Source of the DNA: Octopus sinensis
Lineage: Eukaryota
NCBI RefSeq assembly: GCF_006345805.1
Contig: NC_042998.1
Location: 93,868,001 to 93,932,000, forward strand
Direction of reading: 5' to 3'
Length of the DNA stretch: 64,000 nucleotides
Below the pieces are notes generated by a model. It made no database searches. It saw nothing but the letters and a program-made list of their open reading frames with translations, and had not been told where the DNA came from. Shown here piece after piece: positions 49,620 through 62,213 of this stretch (positions are counted from its first letter, which is position 1; every line of letters starts with the position of its first letter). The position numbers and the translations under genes are program-made.

Positions 49620-51743
49620 AATTGAGGGACCAGCTACCTGAATCAACCGTACTTTGGTAGATAAAAGATATGAAGACAAGGAAAGACCCCAGTCCATCAG
49701 GAATCACTGCCGAGATGCTTAAAATATCTAGTCTAGTTGCCTGTATTGTAATTCAGGTGGTTCACAAGGAGTCATACCCAGTGACTGGTGTAGCAGCAGA
49801 ATAGTTAACTGCTACAAAGGTAAAGGTGATGCCTTAGATAGAAATAATTACAAAGGTATCAAATTGCTGGATCAGATGATGAAAGTTACAGAGATTCATT
49901 GCCCAACTAATTAGGGAGAAAGTTAGCCTAGATGAGATACAGTTTGGTTTTGTGCCAGGAAGAAGCACCACTAATGCAATATTTTGGTAAGACAGCTGCA
50001 GAAGAAATACATAGCCAAAGATAAACCTCTGTACTTGGCCTTTGTTGACTTGGAGAAAGCCTTTGATAGGGTCCCCTGATCCCTTATCTGGTGGTCAATA
50101 CGGGAACTAGGGATAGATAAGTGGTTGGTGAGAGCTGTACAAGCTATGTACAGGGATGCTACCAACAAAGTGAGGTTTGGCAATGAGCACAGTGAAGAAT
50201 TCAGGGTACAAGTAGGAGTTCGCGAAAGATCAGTGCTCAGTCCCCTCTTGTTCATCAAAGTCCTCCAAGCAATAACAAAAGAATTTAAGACTGTTTATCC
50301 CTAGGAGCTCTTCTATGCTGATGACCTTGTTCCTATAACTGAATCACTACCAGAACTTGAGAAGAATTTCAGGTATGGAAGCAAGGTCTAGAATTGAAGT
50401 GCCTTAGAGTTTACCTAGCAAAAACCAAAGTCTTAGCAAGTAGGAAGGTGAACAAATTACAAACCCTTTCAGGTAGATGGCTCTGCTCAATCTGTAGAAA
50501 AGGCGTAGGTAGAAACTCCATAAGATGTACCCAGTGTAAGCTTTGAACACATAATTGGTGCAACAATATCAGAGGAAAATTAACAGGGGAAACCAGCTTT
50601 TGTATGTGGAAGATGCACAGGTACAATCAATGCTAAAAATGGGCAGAAAATAGACTTCATCAACAGCCGGGGGTGGGGGGGGGTAGTAGCTTCCATTATC
50701 TAGGTGACCAAGTTAGTAGTGGAGGTAGATGTTCTGAGAGCATAGCTGTGAGAGTAAGATTAGGCTGGGCAAAGTTCAGAGAGCCCCTAATTCTGCTGGC
50801 AACAAAGGGACTCTTTCTCTCAGACTTAAAGGCAGATTGTATGATGCCTGTGTGTGAACAGCCATGCTACATGGCAGTGAAACACGAGCTGCAACAGCCA
50901 AGGACATGCATAGGCTTGAAAGCTATGAAACCAGTACACCTCGCACGATGTGCAATGTCAGTGTGCATGTTCGACAGAGTATAAGCACCTTGAGAGAAAA
51001 GCTAAGCATAAGAGACATCAGATGTGGTGTGCAAGAGAGACGACTGTGCTGGTGTGGTCATGTGATACATATGGACAAGGACAGCTGTGTAAACAAGTGC
51101 CGATCTCTAACTGTGGAGGGAACCTGTGGTAGAGGTAGACAGGAAAACATGGGACAAAGTGGTGAAGCATGATCTTTGAACCTCACAGAGGTAATGACTA
51201 GTGACCAAGACCTTTAGCAATATGCTGTGCTTGAGAAGACCCATCAAGCCAAGTGAAATCGTAGTCATGGCTGATGTTGGTGTCATGTAACTGGACCATG
51301 CTGGTGGCAGGCAAAGTGCGCTGATCATGCATTGAGCCTCATGGAGGCAAAGTGATTAAATTCCTCTTGAGTGTTGGGCCTCACAGAGGCAAAGTGGTTA
51401 AGTTCCTTTCAAGTGTTGAGCTTCACAGAGGCAAAGTGGCTGAGTTCCTTTAAAGCATTGGGCAAGCAATGACCAAGACCTTTGGCATTATGTTGTACTT
51501 AAGACCCATCAAGCCAAGCAAAACTGCAGTCATCGCAGATACTGCTGTCATGCAAATGGCATCCATGCCAGGGGCATGTAGAAGCACCAGTTATACTCTC
51601 GGAAGGGTTAGAATTAGGAAAAGCATCCAACCGTAGAAAACCATGCCAAATCAGACTGGAGTCTGGTGCAGCCTTACAGCATGTCAGCCCAGTCAAACCA
51701 TCCAACCCATGCCAGCATGGACAACGGACACTAAATGATGATA
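49620..51743 (+). mobile_element. 5'-truncated, degenerate RTE-clade LINE (RT, PHD-like finger, 3' UTR, (ATG)n tail)
   Basis: SGITAEMLK, KGKGDALDRNNYKGIKLL, QFGFVPGRSTTNAIF, LAFVDLEKAFDRVP, SVLSPLLF, LFYADDLV, FHYLGD, RLCWCGHV; stops and frameshifts; ~41-bp tandem repeats at ~51330-51460. Confidence 0.92.
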
Positions 51744-53139
51744 GATTTTCTACACAAAGTTTGGATAATGGTGGCCCATCTGAGAAATGAGCCCCGTGAG
51801 GTGGAGTGACTGCTGCAGTGAGTGACGGTAGCCATTCTCCACCACAATGTCATTGCAGTCATGACCATGGGTCAAAGCTGAACATACCATTTATTTTAAG
51901 GCATGTGGCTTGTTGCTTCCTCCCCTTCCATCTTCTATTTCTTAATCGCCCCCACCACCTTTTTTCTTTTTTTTCTTATGAGACTGTGATAAATAGAAAT
52001 AAAGTAAAATGTTAGTGTAGAAATTTATAAAGAAGCGAGAATAATGTGATCTTTTATTCTTTTACTTGTTTCAGTCATTCGACTGCAGCCATACTGGGGC
52101 ATTACATTGAAAGGTTTAGACAAACAAATCAACCCCAGTATTTTTTTCTTTTACTTTTAAAGTCTGGTACATATTCTATCAGTCCCTTTTGCCAAACTAA
52201 GTTATGGGGATATAAACGAACCATTACTGTCAAGTGGTATGCGGGGGATACACATAGCAGGCTTCCACACAATTTCCATTGACCAAGTTTCTTCACAAGG
52301 TTTTGGTCAGCCCAAGGTGCCATGCAATGGGACTGAACCTGAAACAACAGGTTTCTCAATGACAGCTTGCCAGTGCCAGTAGCAAGCCTTTTTATTATTT
52401 TTTTGTTACTGTTTAAGAAGAGCAACAATTTTTAAACAAAATAAATTTGTGACAGAGAATTAGAATTGAATCAGTAAAATACATTTCCATCAATGTTGAA
52501 ATCCTACAAATTGATATCAGTTTAAGAGTGGAATGTGGGTATTGAGAGGTTTCTCAACATTATTAATATGTATGGAAGAACCAACTAAATTAACAGATGG
52601 CTTTGGAGGAAAGGGGGCAGAGAGTGTCAGTACAAACAGACTTCCTGAGTTCTATGTATGCAATACATTTTGAACTACCTACACAGAATTTTGTTTAAAA
52701 AAAATATAAATAAAATATATAAAAAGCAGTTTTGTTTAAACCATTTGTAGTTGTTTGTAATAGAAGAAGGGTATGCATTTGCAACAATGTTGACAAGGAT
52801 AGTTGCAATTTGATTAAAATACATCTTCAATGAAGGCTACACAGTTACCAGGTAAGGATATGTGGCTAAGAAGTTTGCTCTAAGACTATGTGGTTTGGGA
52901 TTCAATTGCCTAATTTAAAAGCTTCACTCAGTGACCAGGTCTCTGGTCTGGGGATAATTTCTGATCAATCTCGGAAACTCTGCTAAAGTAGTAGGTGTTA
53001 CCCTTCCTCCTTTGATTTAAGCCTTAATAATCAAACTGATAAAATGGTTTATCTTTGGTACAAAGCTGATAATTCCAGCTCTGTATATTGTTCCTTTTTA
53101 TTTAATAGGCTCTATGAAGATAGCATAAGCTTGTAGCCT

Positions 53140-53400
53140 CCTGCTTGATAGCCATTCACTGGAACAGACATGTCCTCCACCTCCTATCAGACAATACTAC
53201 CAGGGCCTCATTCTCGTTCAACCCAGTAGCTGTGGGCTGGAAGAGGCCATGTGGTAAGTCCAGCACCAGATGGCTGGATATGATTAAAGAAAATCTCCAG
53301 AGGTTTGATGTCAAGTTTGAGAATGTAGAGGGGCTGGCATGGGACTGCCAGTGATGGCAGGCGCTGGTGGATCTGGTTAGCTCTACACACAAGGATATTT
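53140..53400 (+). mobile_element. RTE LINE C-terminal remnant
   Basis: HWNRHVL...GWKRPCGKSSTRWLDMIKENL...LAWDCQ*WQALV matches the RTE WxGHV..KRPRGRP..RWxD..AxDRxxWR pattern. Confidence 0.65.
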
Positions 53401-53582
53401 ATGGGACCTTAAACCTTGAATGACCCCAGACTCATCAGCAAAGAGCATGATTAGAAGAAAATAGTAATCAAAAGACAATCACAGCTGGGAAAGCACCTAC
53501 CAAGCTACTGTAAAGCATCTAGTCCAACTTCCATGTTTGTACACTCTGCATCATCCTATATTTATTACTGAATATAAAAGGT

Positions 53583-53616
<34 letters not shown>

Positions 53617-53689
53617 TACATGTAAATATTATATACATATATGTAAATATTATAAACATATATGTAAATATATATTATATACACACAAC

Positions 53690-54240
53690 AGTGTAAAATT
53701 AACAGCGGACCTTGGAGCAATCCAGCGAAGATTCAAAGAAGATCGTCTCTCAGCAACTGCTCAGCTACTGAGAAAGGCTGAAACAGCTAAGACTACTCCC
53801 TGGAGCAAGAGAGGTATGCAGTAATATATATCTGGAAGATCCTGAAAGGAATTGTGCCAAATTTTGGCATTGGGAGCTACACCAATCCCAGAATGGGTCG
53901 GCACTGCATAGTGCCAAAGACCTGGGCAATACCATCGCGCTTTAGAACTAGTTACTGCAAACAGCCTGGGTTTCAGGGGTCCCACAGCTTTTTTTATTTT
54001 CTCCCAAGGAGCCCACACAGAGCAGATGTAGGCGTTTTTAAATCAAGGTTGGACATCTTCCTGTCGAGAGTCCCAGATGAACCTACCTCACAGCAAGAGG
54101 TGCAAATGAAGGTAGCTACATCAAACACCATTCTTCCCCAAGTGACACATATTGAAGGAGGCTCTCAGTAGTAACAGTGTAGCAACACTGCAGTGCATCA
54201 GCAAGGCCGCAGCTTTGAGATGAAACTACAACAAAGAAAA
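53690..54240 (+). mobile_element. CR1/L2-group LINE 3' remnant
   Basis: DLGAIQRRF..LSY*ERLKQL..IYIWKILKGIVPNFGI..FKSRLDIFLSRVPDEP. Confidence 0.7.
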
Positions 54241-55637
54241 TATAGATATATAAAGGAAAATATATATATATATATATAACTCTTATTTGTTTCAGTCATT
54301 TAACTGCAGCCACGCTGGGGCACTGCCTTGAATAGCTTTAGTCAAACAAATTAATCCCAGTGCTTATTTTTTTAAAAACTAGTACTTATTCTATTGGTAC
54401 CTTTTGCTGAACTGCTAAGTTATGGGAACATAAACACACTGACACTGGTTGTCAAGCAGTGATGGGGGAACACAAAGACACAAAGACACACACACACTGC
54501 TTTCAGTTTCCATCTACCAAATCCAATCACAAGGTTTTGGTCGGCCTGAGGGTCTAGTAGAAGACACTTTCCCAAGGTGCCACACAGTGGGATTGAACCC
54601 AGAATCATGCAATTGGGAAGCAAGCTTCTTACTACACAGCCATGCCATATATATGTATATTTATTTATATTTCTATTTCATTATTGCCCACAGGGGGATA
54701 AGCAGAGACAAACTCCTGAAAAGATGAAAGGCAAAGTTGACCTCAACAGAATTTGAACTCAGAATGTAACGGCAGATGAAATAGTGCTAAGCATTTCGCC
54801 CCGCATGCTAACAATTCTGCCAGCTCATGTTTAAAATGATAGTCCTGTTCTGTAATATCAGGAGCATTTGTTTCAAGGAAAGCAACTTTAATAATCAGAG
54901 ATATTGGAAAAGTAACAAGTTACATTGTAAGCATGATGAAGCATTACACTATGTTAGTTCAATTGATCTGATGGCCAAGTCTTGATTTTTATTTACCTGT
55001 TGATAGTTGAGCTAGTTAGTACCTTTAAACATGCAATGCATTCTTATTTGAACATAAATTTAATGTCTTTTATCCAATTAGGTTAAATAAATAGCTGCAA
55101 AATTAAGCCATAAAAAAAAATGTGTGTAACATTGTCAGGTATTTATATATTGAATGACCTTGACCTGCGGTTCAAAAGAAAAGTAACTTCAACAAATAAG
55201 CCTACATATTTGACATTACCATTTATATTTATCAAATATACTATAATATAGTAATTAAGCCAGTTTAAATAATCTTAATAATCATATACTCCCTTATTGG
55301 TTTGTTTACATTCCCGAAACTTAGTGGTTTGGCATTAGATTCTGATTATGACCAGTTGCCAAGCAATAGTGAGAGACAAACATATACACACACACATCAT
55401 TGTTTAATATTGTTTTCCATGCTAGCATGCATGGGATGGACAGTTCGACAGGTGTCTGGGAAACCAGGAGGCTGCACCAGGCTCCAGTCTGATCAGGCAG
55501 TGTTTCTAAAGCTGGATGCCCTTCCAAGTGCCAACCACTCCATAAGTGTAGTGGGTGCTTTTTATGTGCCACCAGCACAGGTATCACAACTACAATTTCC
55601 ATTTGATCTTTATTTTGATGATGTACTTGACTAAAGG

Positions 55638-55825
55638 GTAAAAGTAGATAGAAGAATACAGATAGGTGAATGAAGTTCACAGTTCATCTTTTTCACAGAG
55701 GGAGTGGTGGTTGGTCCGTACTTCCATGACAGTATAAGGCCAATACCTTCACAGAAGTACGGACCAACCTCCATACCCTCTGGAAAAAAATGAACTGTGA
55801 ACTTTATTCTCCTATCTACTTTTAC
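55638..55825. repeat. ~190-bp fold-back inverted repeat (MITE-like)
   Basis: ~65-bp arms, e.g. AAGTTCACAGTTCAT...GGTTGGTCCGTACTTC versus GAAGTACGGACCAACC...ATGAACTGTGAACTT; ~29-nt spacer. Confidence 0.9.
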
Positions 55826-56097
55826 TACTTCTATCTTATTCCTTATAAACTGTGGATTTCCCTGTCTTGAACTTTCATACATACTTTTTCTGATGACAGA
55901 ATATCTAGTGTACAGACATGCTAGCCTAGCACTTGGGATATCCCAGAAACAGTTGTAAGACTTTAATTTCACCTTACCCTAAATTATGATTTGAGATACT
56001 TGTCCTGCCTTGGTTTTTGCTGTCCTTTTCTTCATATATAATATGTATGGTGATGCAAACAAGAAAAATACAGCAAAATATAGGTACATTTTATTAA

Positions 56098-56203
56098 TAT
56101 TTAGCAGAAGCAACAGAGGGACGAAAGATCCGAGAGTTTTGTGCATTGTACCAGCACACAAAACTCTTGGCCCTTGAGTCATTTTGTTGCTTCTGCTAAA
56201 CAT
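56098..56203. repeat. ~100-nt imperfect hairpin
   Basis: TTTAGCAGAAGCAACA pairs with TGTTGCTTCTGCTAAA and AGAGTTTTGTG with CACAAAACTCT, in register with no indels. Confidence 0.88.
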
Positions 56204-56206
56204 ATA

Positions 56207-56424
56207 TGTGAGGGGGTGCTGAAAAGTTCCTGGCTTTAAGGGTATTGTGAAAAGCCCGTTTGGGGGCCCAACCTTCCAAGTACTTTTACAGGGCTTAGAA
56301 AAACTGAAGAGCCACTACAATAAGTGTGTGAATCTGAGAGGGATATATATGTTGGATAAAATCATAATTGATCCCTATGTATTTTCTTTTACCAAAGCCA
56401 GGAACTTTTCAGCACCCCCTTGTA
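56207..56424 (+). mobile_element. Mariner-derived MITE
   Basis: Perfect 27-bp TIR AGGGGGTGCTGAAAAGTTCCTGGCTTT (56211-56237 / 56394-56420); inside is a transposase C-terminal remnant GLEKLKSHYNKCVNLRG. Confidence 0.88.
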
Positions 56425-58683
56425 CACACACACACACACTTCTTTCCAAATCCACTCACAAGGTCCCACTCATGGGATAAGTAGAAGGTACTTGCCCAAG
56501 GCTCCACAGTGAGACTGAACTTAGAACTATAAGATTGGGAAAGTAATTTTGCAATAGAACATCCACTTCCTATTTAACTACTAGTTTATTTTAAAGCTGA
56601 ATGGCCTAAAAATAAATCAACTCCCTTACTTTAAAAAGCATAAAGTAATACATATGGCTGATTTTCCTTCTCTGCCCCATATTCTCTAAGTTTTGATTCT
56701 AATTTTAATGACAAATAATAGAAAGTTAAAAATATGTAACACATGGTGAAGAGTTACTCATTAGCACTGAAATAAAAGAGATGAAACTACAATTAAAACA
56801 AGCCCTAACCTTTTCTCTTTTGGAGCTGGATCTTGACACACATAAAGCTGATGAATAACAACATGCAAATTATTGAGTTGAAAAATCATTTTAAGTAAAA
56901 ATGGTCGAAATCTGTCATATCCACAGAAGATGTGGGTCCCATGGGAAATCTTTGACTTTTGCTATCCAAAAAGCTATTTCAACCCCATATTTACATGTTA
57001 TTATTCAAGGTTTTATATGTGCATCAAGGATCCAGTACCAAAGAGGAAGTTATTTCACATTCTCTGGAAAGATTATAAATTCTGATATCAATATTAACCT
57101 ATTATTTATATAGGAATGAAGTTGAGTGGTCTAGTGGACAGACTGTTAGGCTCCTGATCATGAAGCTATTGATTTGATTCCTATACTGGGCAGTACCTCA
57201 TATCCTTGAGCCGAGTACTTCATTCCATATTGTTCCAGTCTATTTAGCTAAAATGAGCTCTAGCTAAGCGGTGCTGCAGCTCTTTCTCTCCCTCCAGCAG
57301 TTACAATGTTCTACTGGGTCATTGAGGGGAGGGCCAAAAAGCTGTCTATATCTGCTTGCAACTACACAGGCACTTAAAACAATTATGTTACATGCTTCCA
57401 AGTCCTACTTGCTTGCAAGCAGCAGCTGTGGCAAAATATCCACTACTGGATCAGTCTAACAATACTGATAGCTGAATGTCAGTTTAGAGTCAGAGGCTCC
57501 ATGTCTCAGTTGAATACCGACTTTCAAAGATACTGTTAAGGAACCTACAAACAGTTTTTAACAAAGCAAAACAAGAAAAAAGAAAGCGTGACTTCCGCCT
57601 ACAAATCTGATCAGATAACTTTTATTATGGCGTGTTCCTCAGATTAGATCAGCTGATCATTTAAGAAAATGGAATGATTAAAAAAAAAATTCAAGTATTC
57701 TTATCAAGTGATCAAAGGTCAATTCCATTCATAGTTTATAACCGATTTTTTAGTCATTGAGTAAATGATCACTGGTCATCTAAGAATATAAGGTGATTAT
57801 GTTTGTGACATTTTAACCCAATTTATCACTTTTTTTTTTTTTTTTTTTTTTTACACTAGAGTAGATAATACAATTTTAATGAATGAAATTCGAGCAACAT
57901 AATCAGTAAATAACAAAACTATCATATCTGCTACTATGATATCAAAGATAGATAAAAAAAATATTACAAGACAAACTGTTACAATATTTAAAATTTAAAC
58001 TTTACAGAGAGCATATTACAAAAAAAAAAAAATGCATAATTTCAAGTGCTACAAAAACAATTTATAAATGAAATACAAAACAGGCTTTAAAAAAATTTTT
58101 TTTACACTTTTTAAAGCAGTTTTTGTATCTCAGAAAAAGCTCTATAACTTATTGAAATATTTACTGTGTATTTAGTTCTTCCTTCTGCAAGTAAACTCAG
58201 ACACTCTTACATGTGATCTACAAAAGGCATATAGCAGCAGGGAGAGTTTCCAATTTTATCCTACTGTCTCGTTCCAGTTGGTTGATGTGTGTATGAAGTG
58301 AGGAGGTCTTCCTCTTGATCTTTTACTGAATAGGCTCCCTCCCTCTCATAAATCTCAGAGACCCTGTGAAGGGTCATGGGCACTGCCTTCCCTCTTTACC
58401 ACATAGATAAAAAGAAAAGTCAAATAAGTTCTTTCAACTGTTCCAGAAAAAGAGATTTTTCTTTCAGTATTATTCTATGTACCAATGCTGTTTGAAAGAT
58501 AATAGACATATTGGTAAGCAAGGCTGCTAAAATAATCTTGATTGCTTTAAGCTGATAAGAAAAACATATTTACTAAATCAATAAACAGGCAGAGAGAATT
58601 TTGTCAGTAGGATTCCTTTTTTTCAACCTTGACAGTAAAGTACTAACTGGTGTCACCACACTACTAAAAGACAAATATCTCTC

Positions 58684-58687
<4 letters not shown>

Positions 58688-58739
<52 letters not shown>
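58688..58739. repeat. (GA)n microsatellite
   Basis: Pure GA run; other microsatellites include (CA)n ~7707-7757, (TA)n ~28088-28123 and mixed TA/TATG ~370-580. Confidence 0.95.
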
Positions 58740-58742
<3 letters not shown>

Positions 58743-59619
58743 TTGGTATTTCATGTATAACTTAGCTTATAACACCAATAAAACTAAGTACTGCAAGCTA
58801 ATGAAACATTTGTCACTTCCACAGTACTGCAAGTTCTTACCTGCATTACCTTCTTAATTAGGTCGACCGTTGGCCACCAGCACAATGCTGTGGTGCTATA
58901 GTATAAAGATAAAAAATTATTGATGTTTTGACTAGTGCTCCATAAACTTAGCCATTTACAATATCAAAACAATGCAACTATTGTATAAAATGAATGTAAG
59001 ATAGGAGTAAAATATATAAAAGGAACTAATAGCATCTTCATAACTTTAAATATGCTTTTATTTTTAACTGTAATAGGTACTTTATTAGATATGTCTTCAG
59101 CCTGTAGCAACAGAATTAGATTGGAATGTAATGGGAAGTATTCAATTAAACATTATATATCATATAGTTAAGACAAAGAAACAGTGGTTGACACTGCCAA
59201 TTATTAAAGTACCAGAAAGCCATAACTAACACTGATTTCATTGTATAGTAAATAATTCTGCTCTATGTTGAGTGGGTGTTAAGCTGTCCAGTAAGAGAAA
59301 TAACAAAATGGAATTACAATAAAGAGAAAAAGAATGCACACAAAAATAGGGAAGAGAGAGAAGAAGAAACATACTGCAATCTGTCCAGGTTACTATCACA
59401 ACACCTCTTCATGAATAAGGCCTTAAACAACACGAAACATAATGTAGTAAAAGAATTGATGGAATGGAAGTTCAAATAAAAGAAATTATACTTAATTATG
59501 CTTAAACTTTAGCCTAATAAGAAACCAACATGGAGAGAAAAGAAAATGGATGACAAGAAAGGAAGAGAGACTAAAAAACATACACTAAGTGTACAAGTAT
59601 CTGTGGAATACTCAACTTT

Positions 59620-60330
59620 CAAAAAGCAGGAAGTTCAGCAGATAAAACAAATGAATCTCTGAAATCAACCGATATCCGCCCATACCAAAAAATAGCCTCA
59701 CTGAACTGCTAATAAGGTTTTGGGTGTTCTGTATGTAAGAGATCTGTTTCTTTGATTTAGGACTCGGTACCAAATCATCCTCCTGTATACATGCAAGGTA
59801 TGGACACTCACAGTGGAGATTCAGAGGAAGATACATATTTGGCATTTCTTTAACATCATAATGAGCAGGTTTGTGAAACCATGCAGCTTCACATTGACTC
59901 CTTTGGAGATGATCTCACAACAACGAAGTTGAGATGGTATAAGACTCCACTAATTGCACCTGAAGTGTCAGATGCTGGTCTTAAACTAACAAATTAAGGC
60001 TATCACCCATATAGGCCATGACAGGATTTGAACTTAGAATGCAAAGGGCATGAACAACTACTACAAGACATGCAGATCATTCTTACAGATCTACTAACCT
60101 ACCACTTTGAATTGTAACTAGATCTAAAAGGACTTGCAAAAACCATTTTTTATGGAATCACGAAAGGGAAAGAAATGGATAGATAACATCAAAGAACAGT
60201 CGGATAAATTGTTTAAAGGAGACCTGAGCTCAGGTACAACCACAAAAGATAACTGGTATGCATTTTGTCATAATAGTACCCCTACAACTCCATCAGTAGT
60301 TGACTGGAGAAGACAATACACCAAATTATA
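59620..60330 (+). mobile_element. Old RTE-BovB-like LINE remnant
   Basis: Fragments LLYTCKVWTLTVEIQRKI and LAKTIFYGI...KKWIDNIKE resemble RTE C-terminal motifs. Confidence 0.5.
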
Positions 60331-62047
60331 AAAATCCTTTGATAAACAATTTAAGCCAGCACTTATACATTAAAAGATAAGAGCTGTTATCTTAGATGTC
60401 TTCCTTATCACCCCTTTGTTAACAACTGTTTTACCACATAGATCAAGTAAAAATGCTAAGATTGTAAGATTTAAAGAGCTATGTGGCACTATCTAAAACA
60501 AGATATAAAATACTACGTAAATAAATGAGAAAAAAATCATCATCGTTTAACATCCGCTTTTCATGCTGGCATGGGTTGGATGGTTTGACTGAGGGCTGGC
60601 AAGCCAGAAGGCTGCACCAAAGATATAACTTTACTCATACCTATACTTAACCGTTATGATAGACTAAAGCCCATAATGTAGATAAAAGCGTGAGCTCAAG
60701 CACGTGTGTGTGTGTACTTGCTTTTATTAAAAAAAAAAAAGATTTTGATATGTATCTACACATTTACACTTAGATAAGCTAATACTTCTCTTTCATGATG
60801 AAACTGGTATTTAATTACCTCCCAAATTATACAGAATAAAATGTTTATTTCAAAAATAACAAATTGTTCAGTAAATATAGTTCTGAACCTGTTCATACTC
60901 GTTATTCAGTGTCAAGAACAGTTTCTGACAAGCAAAAGCTTTAAAAGTCCTCAGAAAATATCAGAGAGCAAGTTATGAAAACACATTCTGTGTTTACTCT
61001 AAAACTACCAATAGCAAAAGTAAACATATATGGTTTCTGTATGCAACTCTCATCTGTTTACTTATGGAAACCTCTTAAATATGCATCAATATTATGGCTT
61101 TTGCTCAAAGTTATATAAGAGTACATAATAGTACCATTTACTTAATAGTCAGCTTATTTGTAAACAGGTGGCATGGACTAGTTGACTCTTAATCACATTT
61201 TTCCTTTAATATAATTAAGGTGCAGTAATTACAAATTATGTAAGTGCTGTTAATATATTTACAATACATTTTTTCATGTTATATATGTGAGTAGGCATGT
61301 AGCTCTTCTCCAAATTCTTCCCTCATATGTTAACCTACATCTAACATACAGAGGCAACATCCTTCCTCCCTGAGTTCGTGGACTAGCAAGCTATATGGTG
61401 ATCTCAGTAATGCCAGTGGTACAAGAAAAAGCACCATGTACACACACTAAAGTGGATGGCATTATGAAGGGCATCCAACTGCATAAGCCATGTCAAAACA
61501 GACAATTGAGTACAATGCAGTCCTTGACTTATTGGGTCCTTGTCAAGTCATCCAACCCATGTAAGCATAGAACCTGGATGTTAAATGAAGATGATGTTTG
61601 TTGTTATGTGACCTCAAAGTCACTGACACTTCCTTTGTAAAAGAGTGTGTGTGCACGTGCGTGCGCAGGTGTGTAATTATAAAGATTCATTAGAATCAAA
61701 GCAAAACTTGCAGGACACCAGAAATGGCTGGGAGTAACACAGCTCACAGTGAGGTAATCAATGCTGAAGACATCAAGTGTTGGTAAGATACTGTGGATAT
61801 ACAAGTACCAAATCCAATTTAAACCATAGGTCCAACTCTGGGGTTGGTCCTTTGTGTAGTGTATGTATAAAAAGTAAATAAAGACGTCATTTAAATGTTA
61901 CGCCATTTGTGTTTACTTTATAATTTCAATATTTCATTTATGCATAACGATACTAATAACCTGGTGTTAGAGCTCAGTATACATATGTTGCAGAACAAAG
62001 CATCAGTCGAGTACAGAGTGGTAATAAATTAGAATGACAGAAGATAA

Positions 62048-62181
62048 AACAGTTATGCAATGAACTTGATTAGCTTACAACTGTTCCTTCTATAGGATGA
62101 AATGCACTCATAGTTGAGTGCTTGGGTGCATAGCATCCTATGGCAGAAACTGCTGTAAGCCAATGAAGTACATAACAGTTG
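62048..62181. repeat. Imperfect fold-back element
   Basis: GCTTACAACTGTTCCTTCTATAGGATGAAATGCACTCA pairs with TGGGTGCATAGCATCCTATGGCAGAAACTGCTGTAAGC. Confidence 0.75.
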
Positions 62182-62213
62182 TTTATAGTTTTTGTTATTC
62201 AAATTCCTCTATG

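Noticed and set aside
51330-51460. CRISPR-like repeat array
   Set aside because: Tandem ~41-bp units without unique spacers, inside a LINE 3' UTR in eukaryotic DNA; no cas genes.
55631-55972. 113-aa ORF on the - strand
   Set aside because: It runs across a fold-back repeat and has no recognisable domain.
56118-56182. Hammerhead ribozyme (GAC-GAAA ... TGA-GTC)
   Set aside because: The required CUGANGA core reads CCCTTGA and there is no proper stem III.
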